From: Klebsiella phage vB_Kpn_004_Koku
Direction: 5' to 3' (one strand)
Length of the DNA: 44,317 nt
Sequence record: PV625053.1
Part shown: positions 36,172 to 43,421 of the stretch, one piece after another
Position numbering within the stretch: position 1 is the first letter of the stretch
How the letters are laid out: each line of letters starts with the position of its first letter
Made by a program: the position numbers and the translations under genes
The notes under the pieces: model-generated
What the model was told of the DNA's origin: nothing
Seen by the model: only the letters and a program-made list of their open reading frames with translations
The model's database searches: none

Positions 36172-36975
36172 ATGGCTCGTAATTTTGATTTTGGTGCTGA
36201 GGTTGCTGCTGCTACTGGCGGTGTATTTAAGAACCCGGAAGTTGGTGATCATGAGGCTGTGATCTCTGGTATCATTCATGTTGGTTCCTTCCAAGACATC
36301 TTCAAGAAAGGCAACACCACCGAAGTTAAGAAGCCTGCCAACTTTGTGCTGGTCAAGGTTATCCTGATGGGTGACGACGACAAGAACGATGATGGCTCTC
36401 GCATGGAGCAGTGGATGGCTGTGCCGCTCAAGTCTGGTGACAAGGCTACACTGACTAAGTTCCTGAATGCGGTTGACCCGAAAGAACTGCTTGGTGGTTT
36501 CGACGACTTCATCGGCGAGTGCATGACTGTTAGCATGGTCGGCGACGAGAAGGGTGGCAAGAATGAAGACGGCACCTTCAAGTACGTTAACTGGAAAGGC
36601 TTCGGCGGTATGCCGGATAAACTCAAGAAGCTGGTGTTGGCGCAGGTTGAAGAAGAAGGTCTGCCCATGACTGGTCATATCACCTTCGACAAGCTGACTC
36701 GTGAGGTTATCGACTCTATCCCGGCGCATCTGGTTCGCCAGTACCTGCTGAACGAAACTCCGCGCGGCAAGAACTTATCCGTTGCTGGCTCACACGTTGA
36801 GGCGATCATTGCTGAGGCGCGTGCTGCCGATGCAGACTGGAAGAAGGCCAAGAAGAAAGACGGTGACGCAACTCCAGAAGATCGCCAGTCTCTGGACACT
36901 GGTGCTGCTGTACCGCAGGAAGTTCCGGCGCAGGACGTCCCGGCTCCGGCTATGGATGAAGACGCAGAATATTAA
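36172..36975 (+). CDS. hypothetical protein with acidic C-terminal tail (..MDEDAEY); candidate ssDNA-binding protein
   Basis: 267 aa from ATG 36172 (AAGGAGG SD); ORF-track extension is GTG/TTG-initiated leader; acidic tail with terminal aromatic residue like T7 gp2.5, but no direct sequence match recognised. Confidence 0.6.
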   Translation: MARNFDFGAEVAAATGGVFKNPEVGDHEAVISGIIHVGSFQDIFKKGNTTEVKKPANFVLVKVILMGDDDKNDDGSRMEQWMAVPLKSGDKATLTKFLNAVDPKELLGGFDDFIGECMTVSMVGDEKGGKNEDGTFKYVNWKGFGGMPDKLKKLVLAQVEEEGLPMTGHITFDKLTREVIDSIPAHLVRQYLLNETPRGKNLSVAGSHVEAIIAEARAADADWKKAKKKDGDATPEDRQSLDTGAAVPQEVPAQDVPAPAMDEDAEY

Positions 36976-36986
36976 TAGGAGGTTAA

Positions 36987-37205
36987 ATGAAAGTTGAAGT
37001 TGTAACTCTGCACTACAAACCGGGTGTGACGACTCTGGCAGGCACTAGCTTTATGTCTTTTTCAGAAGGCGATACATATCCAGATCTGCACTACATCGTG
37101 CGCGAAGGCCAGCACGTTGTGAATTACACCAACCCGGAGACTGGCGCGCGCCACGGCGTATCCGTCCCGGTATCTGACATACGTCAGGTCAACACTGTCC
37201 TGTAA
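36987..37205 (+). CDS. hypothetical protein (72 aa)
   Basis: AGGAGG SD; ends at the palindrome copy at 37205. Confidence 0.55.
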   Translation: MKVEVVTLHYKPGVTTLAGTSFMSFSEGDTYPDLHYIVREGQHVVNYTNPETGARHGVSVPVSDIRQVNTVL

Positions 37206-37222
37206 GTCCAACACGTTGGACA
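37205..37222. repeat. palindrome copy AGTCCAACACGTTGGACA
   Basis: between gene stop and promoter 37237. Confidence 0.9.
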
Positions 37223-37236
37223 AATCGGTGTCCTCT

Positions 37237-37257
37237 ATTTAGGGGACACTATAGAAG
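37237..37257 (+). promoter_or_regulatory. SP6-type promoter
   Basis: ATTTAGGGGACACTATAGAAG. Confidence 0.85.
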
Positions 37258-37301
37258 AAGATAACGGCAAATCGCCACAATTTTAAGAAGGAGATTAAAA
37301 T

Positions 37302-37679
37302 ATGTTCACTATCGAAACCCTGTCTAACCGTGTTGTCAAAGCTGGTAAACTGGAAGTTGTTGAGTCCTTCATCATTGTTGACGAAGCTGGCGCACTGGTA
37401 GCTGGCACCAAAGCCTACGACACCCGCGAAGAAGCACAGGCTAAGATCGACAGCATGGGTAACTTCGCCACTGGTCTGGAGTTCGCACGTGCAATGTACG
37501 GCGATCAGGCTGACAAGGCACAGATCGGTAAGGCAAACATCGTTGCTGAATTCCTGGATTGGGTTGCTGCTGGCAAGCCTGTGAAGGAAGCCAAAGCTGA
37601 CGCTGCTGTAGAAGAAGCTGCTCCGGTCGAGGAAGCTGCTGCTCTGGCAGACATTGTTAGCGAAGAAGAAGAGTTCTAA
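37302..37679 (+). CDS. hypothetical protein with acidic C-terminal tail ending ..SEEEEF
   Basis: 125 aa after promoter 37237 (AAGGAG SD); Ala/Glu-rich C-terminus ending in Phe; followed by a terminator. Confidence 0.65.
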   Translation: MFTIETLSNRVVKAGKLEVVESFIIVDEAGALVAGTKAYDTREEAQAKIDSMGNFATGLEFARAMYGDQADKAQIGKANIVAEFLDWVAAGKPVKEAKADAAVEEAAPVEEAAALADIVSEEEEF

Positions 37680-37683
37680 TAAG

Positions 37684-37716
37684 CGCCCTGTCTCCTAGTG
37701 AGGCAGGGTATTTTGC
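37684..37716 (+). terminator. terminator after 125-aa acidic-tail gene
   Basis: CCCTGTCTC-CTAGT-GAGGCAGGG followed by TATTTTG. Confidence 0.7.
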
Positions 37717-37740
37717 GTAATAGTTATTGGAGAATTAATT

Positions 37741-38034
37741 ATGCCGACTATTGAATCTCGTATCTGCTTTGACTATAACTTCAATATGTTGACCCTGATG
37801 TACGAAGGCATTGCTTATATCCAGAATGGATACCATTGGGAGTACGGTAAGCAAGAGCTTATCGCCAAGGTAGAGGATCGGGATGAACAACGCATGAGGC
37901 GTAAACTAGGGAGTAAGGTCAAGGCATTCTTGGAGGAATGGCCTACATGCGACCAAACTTCAACTTCGGAGCTACAGTATCGGAAGACAATAATCTCATC
38001 CTGTGGCCGACTGACGGTAAAAGAATCGCTCTAA
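37741..38034 (+). CDS. hypothetical protein (97 aa), overlaps exonuclease start by ~95 nt
   Basis: ATG 10 nt after GGAG, fills a 257-nt gap after the terminator; different frame from exonuclease gene. Confidence 0.4.
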   Translation: MPTIESRICFDYNFNMLTLMYEGIAYIQNGYHWEYGKQELIAKVEDRDEQRMRRKLGSKVKAFLEEWPTCDQTSTSELQYRKTIISSCGRLTVKESL

Positions 38035-38975
38035 TAGATGGAGATATGATTCCTTATATCATTGGTTACACTATCAGTGATATGACCTTGGTGCGAGCTA
38101 TGACACGTGTGAAGTCTGGTCAAGTGGCTCGCATCGAAGATACACCTGAATGCAAGCAGGCATGTGATCGCGTCAACTCTATGCTCAACTCTTGGGTGTA
38201 CGGCGCAGAGTGTGATGCCGCTCGCATCTTCCTCACCAAGTCTGACGCTAACTTCCGTCTGCGTCTGGCCTTCACTAGGCCATACAAAGGTACACGCAAG
38301 GCAGAGAAGCCGCCATTCTTCTATGAGATGCGCGAGCACCTTATGAGTGTACACAAGGCAGAGCTTGCCGATGGCGAAGAGGCGGACGACTTGATGAGTA
38401 CAGCGCAATGGGATGCGCATCGACGATTCCTACAGGAGAGTGGTAACGAGTTCGAAGTCGGTAGTCCTGAGCACAAGGCATTCTCCGATACTGTTATCGT
38501 GTCCGCAGATAAAGACCTGATGATTGTACCCGGCTGGCATCTACAACCGGGCAGCGACTTGAAGTGGGTAGACCAGATGGGCTGGCTTGAGTTACGCCGC
38601 AAGGCTAACGGTCAGGTCAAAGACCTTAAAGGCGCTGGCCTCAAGTTCTTCTACGCACAGATGATCATCGGCGACGACATTGATAACTACGCTGGGATAC
38701 CGGGCAAGGGTGCTGCCTTTGCCTATAAGCTGCTTGACGGCTGCAAGACTGAGAAGGAGCTTTACATGGCTGTGCTGGGTGCCTACAAGGATAAGTTCGG
38801 GCATGGCGCAGTCAAACTTAGAAACCATAGGGGAACTTATCGTATCGGCAAGGCGTTCGACCTGATGCTTGAGTGTGGGCGCTTGGCTCACATGGCTCGT
38901 TTCAAGGGAGATGTGTGGCGGGCCGACAAGAACCCTATCCTGTGGGGAGACGACGACGGATGGCTACAAAGCTAA
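37938..38975 (+). CDS. 5'-3' exonuclease (FEN-family, T7 gp6-like)
   Basis: 345 aa; ..RIALIDGDMIPYII.. (cf T7 gp6 ..ILVMDGDWLVF..), ..YKGTRKAEKPPFFYE.. (cf ..YKANRKAVKKPVGY..), ..VIVSADKDL..; start may be ATG 37947. Confidence 0.8.
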   Translation: MAYMRPNFNFGATVSEDNNLILWPTDGKRIALIDGDMIPYIIGYTISDMTLVRAMTRVKSGQVARIEDTPECKQACDRVNSMLNSWVYGAECDAARIFLTKSDANFRLRLAFTRPYKGTRKAEKPPFFYEMREHLMSVHKAELADGEEADDLMSTAQWDAHRRFLQESGNEFEVGSPEHKAFSDTVIVSADKDLMIVPGWHLQPGSDLKWVDQMGWLELRRKANGQVKDLKGAGLKFFYAQMIIGDDIDNYAGIPGKGAAFAYKLLDGCKTEKELYMAVLGAYKDKFGHGAVKLRNHRGTYRIGKAFDLMLECGRLAHMARFKGDVWRADKNPILWGDDDGWLQS

Positions 38976-39379
38976 AAGCCTCCGAGGTTGCTGCTTATAA
39001 GCAGGAGCTTATGGAGAAGCAGGGGTACAAGTGCCCTTTATGTGGTGGCAGTCTCAAGGCTGTCACTCCTGTTAACCGTGTACTTGACCACGATCATGAC
39101 ACTGGATTCTGCCGTGCCGTTGTATGCCGAGGCTGCAATGGTGCAGAAGGCAAGATCTTAGGCGTTATCTCAGGTTATGGTAAGGCGGGGAACAACAAGT
39201 ATTTCCAGCTTAAATGGTTGGAGAACTTGTATAACTATTGGAAGTTACACCAGACGCCGCAGACTGACAAGCTGTATCATAAGCACCAGACTGCGGCAGA
39301 GAAGCGCGAGGCTCGCAATCGCAAGGCTCGCTTGGCATACGCAAAGAAGAGAGCAGGAGCAGTGACATGGGCTGTATAG
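38960..39379 (+). CDS. endonuclease VII-type Holliday-junction resolvase
   Basis: 139 aa from ATG 38960; ..YKCPLCGGSL..LDHDHDTGFCRAVVCRGCNGAEGKI..LKWLENLYNYWK.. matches T4 endo VII (..CLICQREL..HLDHDHELNG..RGLLCNLCNAAEGQ..YLEWLENLLTYLK..). Confidence 0.85.
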   Translation: MATKLKASEVAAYKQELMEKQGYKCPLCGGSLKAVTPVNRVLDHDHDTGFCRAVVCRGCNGAEGKILGVISGYGKAGNNKYFQLKWLENLYNYWKLHQTPQTDKLYHKHQTAAEKREARNRKARLAYAKKRAGAVTWAV

Positions 39380-39804
39380 ACCACGGGTATCACAAGTGCC
39401 TTAACAAACTTGGATACTACAGGGCATGGCATAAGCCGAGTAAGAAGTTGCAGTTACTCCACCGTGTGGTCTATGCAGAACACCACGGTCTTTCTATAGA
39501 AGATATAAAGGGTGTAGTGATTAGGCACACTTGTGACAATGCAAGATGCATAAACCCTGCACATTTAATATCTGGTACACAGCAAGACAACATCCAAGAT
39601 ATGATAGGCAGAGGTAGGCGCGCCTCCTTTGCAGGTGAGCGTAACAATAAGGCTAAATTATCTTGGGAAGTTGTCCGCGCCATTAGGGAAACCTATGTTG
39701 CAAACAAGAAAGGCGAGAGGCTTAGACTGGCTAACCTCTATGGCGTCTCGCCTGCTACCATCAGTGATATTGTGAGTGGGAGGGTTTGGAAAGAGAATGG
39801 GTAA
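39367..39804 (+). CDS. HNH homing endonuclease with C-terminal HTH (sigma-70 region 4-like) domain
   Basis: 145 aa; ..LHRVVYAEHHG..IRHTCDNARCINPAHL..GTQQDN.. HNH_3-type motif; C-terminal ..NKAKLSWEVVRAIRETY..ERLRLANLYGVSPATISDIVSG.. HTH; overlaps both neighbouring genes. Confidence 0.8.
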   Translation: MGCIDHGYHKCLNKLGYYRAWHKPSKKLQLLHRVVYAEHHGLSIEDIKGVVIRHTCDNARCINPAHLISGTQQDNIQDMIGRGRRASFAGERNNKAKLSWEVVRAIRETYVANKKGERLRLANLYGVSPATISDIVSGRVWKENG

Positions 39805-40804
39805 GATCAGAAATTTATTCACAAATAAGGAGGTAGAGGACGCCGTAGATAGCGCCAAGCGAGAGGATGGTACTATCAACTACCGTCTGATGGCGGATAT
39901 CCTGTCTGATAATACGCATGGAACTAAAGTCACACGTCAGCTTGCCAAATATTGGGCGCGTCAGTTTTCTACCCGTAAAAAGAATGGCGAAGCCTATGAA
40001 ACTCTGGCGCAAGCTAATAAAGAACTCAAGGCATCGCGTAAGCTGCGCACTCCTGATCGCTATGAAGATCTGGCTGCTTTACCAATGCCTGCATCGGATC
40101 ATCATAGCATACTGGTAATTCCAGACACGCACGCCCCCTACGAGCACCCGGATACATTGGAGTTCCTCGCAGCCGTGGCTGCACGTTACAGACCGGACAC
40201 TGTCGTACATCTTGGGGACGAAGCAGATAAACATGCTATGTCATTTCATATGTCCGACCCAAACCTTGACTCTGCTGGCATGGAACTGGAGAAGGCACGT
40301 GTCTTCATGGCGAAGCTGCACGCGATGTTCCCGGTGATGCGCCTGTGTCACTCGAACCACGGCTCTATGCACTTCCGCAAGGCACACTCGCACGGCATCC
40401 CTGTGCAATACCTCCGCACCTACCGCGAAGTGTTCTTCCCGCAAGGTGGCGGCGAGCGCTGGGAGTGGCAGCATACGCACGTCCTCGAACTGCCGAACGG
40501 TGAGCAGGTTGCCTTCAAGCACCAGCCAGCCGGGGCCGTGCTGGGCGACGCCGCACATGAGCGCATGAACTTGGTGTGTGGTCACTTGCATGGCAAAATG
40601 TCTATCGAGTATGCCCGGAATACGCATGAGCAGTATTGGGCGGCACAGGGCGGTTGTCTGGTGGATGAAGAATCCCGCGCCTTCTCGTATGGCAAGGAGT
40701 CCAAATACAAGCCAGCGCTGGGTTGCCTTGTGATTCTAGAAGGCGTACCGCAGATCATCCCGATGCAGACCAATAGCGACGGTCGTTGGATTGGCAAGAT
40801 TTAA
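39797..40804 (+). CDS. calcineurin-like metallophosphoesterase
   Basis: ..LVIPDTHAPYEHPD.., ..VVHLGDEADKHA.., ..GHLHG.. metal-ligand motifs of the Ser/Thr phosphatase/phosphoesterase fold; start ATG 39797 or GTG 39776. Confidence 0.75.
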   Translation: MGKIRNLFTNKEVEDAVDSAKREDGTINYRLMADILSDNTHGTKVTRQLAKYWARQFSTRKKNGEAYETLAQANKELKASRKLRTPDRYEDLAALPMPASDHHSILVIPDTHAPYEHPDTLEFLAAVAARYRPDTVVHLGDEADKHAMSFHMSDPNLDSAGMELEKARVFMAKLHAMFPVMRLCHSNHGSMHFRKAHSHGIPVQYLRTYREVFFPQGGGERWEWQHTHVLELPNGEQVAFKHQPAGAVLGDAAHERMNLVCGHLHGKMSIEYARNTHEQYWAAQGGCLVDEESRAFSYGKESKYKPALGCLVILEGVPQIIPMQTNSDGRWIGKI

Positions 40805-40819
40805 GTGACACTATAGAAC
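40799..40819 (+). promoter_or_regulatory. SP6-type promoter
   Basis: ATTTAAGTGACACTATAGAAC. Confidence 0.8.
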
Positions 40820-40870
40820 AAAGGGTGGTTTCGACTGCCCTTGATTGTATACTGTCAATAGGAGGTAAAT

Positions 40871-41446
40871 ATGATTATTGTTCTTAATGCCCCTCCGGGT
40901 GCAGGCAAAGACACAATCGCCAAACGCATGGCTGAGGCCAGCAAAGCATTCAAGTTGGCATCAATGAAGGAACCTATGTGGGATATCGCAAAGGCGGTGT
41001 TAGGCTCCAAGTATGATGAGTTTGTCGGTTTGTACAATGACCGCGAGACAAAAGAGAAACCATGTGAGTTCTTAGGTGGCCTGTCTCCGCGTCAATTCTT
41101 CATCCACATCTCGGAGCAGTGGTGCAAGCCTTTGTTCGGAGAGCAATACTTCGGTGAACGTATGTTGCAGCGAGTTAACCAATTGAAGCCCTATGAAGTG
41201 GTTCTATCTGACGGCGGCTTCCCGGATGAACTCAAGCCAGCACTTGAAGCTGGTGAGACTATAATGCTGGTTCGCCTACACAGAGAGGGTTACACCTTCG
41301 AAGGAGACAGCCGTGACTATATCCGTGCTGAGGATTTACCCGGTGAAGAGTTTTGGGTTATCGATGTGAATCTTGAAGAAGGAGAGATTGACAAGGCAGT
41401 AACTCAAATCATCGCAGCCTATGAAGTCTTACTGGAGGTGTACTGA
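40871..41446 (+). CDS. P-loop nucleotide kinase (T4 dNMP kinase-like)
   Basis: ..IVLNAPPGAGKDT.. P-loop and ..YNDRETK.. recall T4 gp1 ..SGVKRSGKDT.. / ..DYDRETN..; AGGAGG SD; downstream of promoter 40799. Confidence 0.65.
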   Translation: MIIVLNAPPGAGKDTIAKRMAEASKAFKLASMKEPMWDIAKAVLGSKYDEFVGLYNDRETKEKPCEFLGGLSPRQFFIHISEQWCKPLFGEQYFGERMLQRVNQLKPYEVVLSDGGFPDELKPALEAGETIMLVRLHREGYTFEGDSRDYIRAEDLPGEEFWVIDVNLEEGEIDKAVTQIIAAYEVLLEVY

Positions 41447-42396
41447 TGGATATCTTCTCTTTCATTGGCTTGCCAGAAGGTCACAGAACTAAGCCAGTTA
41501 TGTTGGTCAAGCATCGGGATGAAGTGCCGGATAATAAGATTAAATTCCCCGTATATGGACAGGTGAAACGTGATGGTATATTCTCTGCTGTTGTTGTTCG
41601 CGCTGATAGTGTCGTTGGCATTTTTGGTCGCACTGGTAAGAAACTGGCAAACGTTGAAGCGCTCGAACAAAGATTTGCTTCCTTTCCGGCTGGCATTTAT
41701 CTTGGTGAGTTGCAGTCTATGGCCGTTGATATCTACCTTGAAGCACTCTCTGGTGTGGTGAACCCCAACCGGACGGAGCCTCTTGATTACATCGGTCAGC
41801 AAATCAAGGATAACTTGTACATAGACTTCTTTGACATGCTGACAATCAAGGCATTCACTGATGGATACACGGATGTTACATTCCTTAAACGCCATGCAGC
41901 GCTGGAGCGGCGCATAGGTGAACTGGTGTCCAACACGTTGGACAACATCCTGCCTGTCACTCCTTGCCATAACGAGGCAGAGGTTGAAGCATTCGCTAAG
42001 ATGCACATCGACGCAGGCCGAGAAGGTGCTGTGTTCAAGCTGGATTGTGACTACGAGGCAGGTCACAAGGGATACCGTCAGACCAAGATCGTTCGCATGG
42101 TGAGCTATGACCTCACCTGTATCGGTTGGGAAGAAGGTAAAGGTAAGTACAAAGGCAAGGTTGCTAACCTCATCTTTAAATGGAAAGGTGGCAAGACTGT
42201 CAAAGCTATGCTCGGCAGGGGTTGGACGCATGAAGATGCCGAGCGTATGTATCACGATATTAAACATGGTGGCGAGTTGAATGTCATCGGGAAGATCTTC
42301 GCTGTCAAGGCATTACAGGAATCTAGCAAGGGAGTCCTGAGACTTCCCAAGGCTGGAGAGTTACGCCATGATAAGGAGGAACCAGATGTCTTTTGA
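41446..42396 (+). CDS. ATP-dependent DNA ligase (T7 gp1.3-like)
   Basis: 316 aa; adenylation motif I ..YGQVKRDGIF.. (KxDG), ..EGAVFK.. motif; ATG overlaps kinase stop. Confidence 0.8.
   Translation: MDIFSFIGLPEGHRTKPVMLVKHRDEVPDNKIKFPVYGQVKRDGIFSAVVVRADSVVGIFGRTGKKLANVEALEQRFASFPAGIYLGELQSMAVDIYLEALSGVVNPNRTEPLDYIGQQIKDNLYIDFFDMLTIKAFTDGYTDVTFLKRHAALERRIGELVSNTLDNILPVTPCHNEAEVEAFAKMHIDAGREGAVFKLDCDYEAGHKGYRQTKIVRMVSYDLTCIGWEEGKGKYKGKVANLIFKWKGGKTVKAMLGRGWTHEDAERMYHDIKHGGELNVIGKIFAVKALQESSKGVLRLPKAGELRHDKEEPDVF
41928..41945. repeat. palindrome copy TGTCCAACACGTTGGACA inside ligase CDS
   Basis: encodes VSNTLDN in same codon register as the primase copy. Confidence 0.9.
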
Positions 42397-42577
42397 TTCA
42401 ATGAAAGCCACTCGCGCTGTCGAGGTGGCAGAGGCTCTGTTCGAGTCTTATGCTTGCGGGATTGTCCCGCCGTACACTCTGCTCGCTGACGCAGAAGAAC
42501 TTGGCCTCTCCGTAGAGGCTATCAAAGAGAAAGTCGAGGAACTGTATGGCACAGACGAAGAAGAAGCCGACGATTAG
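42386..42577 (+). CDS. small acidic hypothetical protein (63 aa)
   Basis: ATG 42386 is 6 nt after AAGGAGG; ORF-track start 42368 lies inside ligase; C-terminus ..GTDEEEADD. Confidence 0.55.
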   Translation: MSFDSMKATRAVEVAEALFESYACGIVPPYTLLADAEELGLSVEAIKEKVEELYGTDEEEADD

Positions 42578-42587
42578 TCTGGAAGCT

Positions 42588-42719
42588 ATGGAAATGCTGG
42601 AGATGATTCTCCGGCCTGCACACCCGGCACCAGATAAGACGCCAGAGCAATTGCAATGGGATGAATGTAAACGGTACATCATGAACTGTATCAATGCTCA
42701 GATCGTGGTGACACCATGA
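42588..42719 (+). CDS. small hypothetical protein (43 aa)
   Basis: MEMLEMILRPAHPAPDKTPEQLQWDECKRYIMNCINAQIVVTP; stop overlaps next gene ATG (ATGA), suggesting translational coupling; weak SD. Confidence 0.4.
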   Translation: MEMLEMILRPAHPAPDKTPEQLQWDECKRYIMNCINAQIVVTP

Positions 42720-43177
42720 TTCGTCCTGCATCGTTCCTTGATATCCCTTCGATTATCAATCTTGGTAATCGGTACGTTGAAGAAGAGGTTAAGTCTACGG
42801 CCCATCACTCTGCTGTATGGGATGCCGAGATGAGTGCCCATCACTTATGCGAAGCCTACATGCGGGATGATTTATTCCTGTGGGTGGCTGTGTTAGATGG
42901 TGAGGTCGTAGGCTTCTTATGGGCTGCTGCACACCCGATGGCACCTTGGAATCCCGCTATGGTGGCAAGTGACTACCTGTTCTACATCACACCAGAGAGA
43001 CGAGGAACATCCCTCGGCTACCGCTTAGTGAAGCAATATGTAGAGTGGGCTGAATCTATGGCGTGCTGTGAGGTGCGCCTGTCCATCGCCTCCGGTATCA
43101 ACGAAGAACGAGTCGGACGTATGTATGAGCGCTTAGGCTTTGAGTCGTTCGGCACTGTGTATAACCTAAAGTTCTAA
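42716..43177 (+). CDS. GNAT-family N-acetyltransferase
   Basis: 153 aa; typical GNAT N-terminus MIRPASFLDIPSIINL.. and acetyl-CoA motif-A-like ..ITPERRGTSLGYRLVKQYVEWAE.. Confidence 0.65.
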   Translation: MIRPASFLDIPSIINLGNRYVEEEVKSTAHHSAVWDAEMSAHHLCEAYMRDDLFLWVAVLDGEVVGFLWAAAHPMAPWNPAMVASDYLFYITPERRGTSLGYRLVKQYVEWAESMACCEVRLSIASGINEERVGRMYERLGFESFGTVYNLKF

Positions 43178-43186
43178 GGAGATAAC

Positions 43187-43420
43187 ATGGGTGTAGTTAA
43201 GAAAGCTGTTAAGGCAGTAGGTAAAGTTGTTGGTGGTGTGCTCGGTACGAGCCAGAAGCCAGTTAGCTTAGAAACCAAAGTCCCTGCACAGCAGCTTGAG
43301 CGTCAGCAGGAAGTTGGCGCAGAAGATATCCAGATCGGTCACGGCGAAGAGGATTCTCAGGCTGGCGCTAAAGGTAAGCGCGGTCTGGTACGCCCTGTGG
43401 CCTCCAGCTTAGGAGTGTAA
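43187..43420 (+). CDS. small Gly/Lys-rich virion-type protein (gp6.7-like)
   Basis: 77 aa, disordered basic/acidic composition, immediately upstream of portal gene as T7 6.7/7.3. Confidence 0.5.
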   Translation: MGVVKKAVKAVGKVVGGVLGTSQKPVSLETKVPAQQLERQQEVGAEDIQIGHGEEDSQAGAKGKRGLVRPVASSLGV

Positions 43421-43421
43421 T

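Noticed and set aside
36172-36975. Firm annotation as ssDNA-binding protein
   Set aside because: Only the acidic aromatic C-terminal tail and the position support the call. I could not align it with T7 gp2.5 from memory, so it is kept as a candidate.
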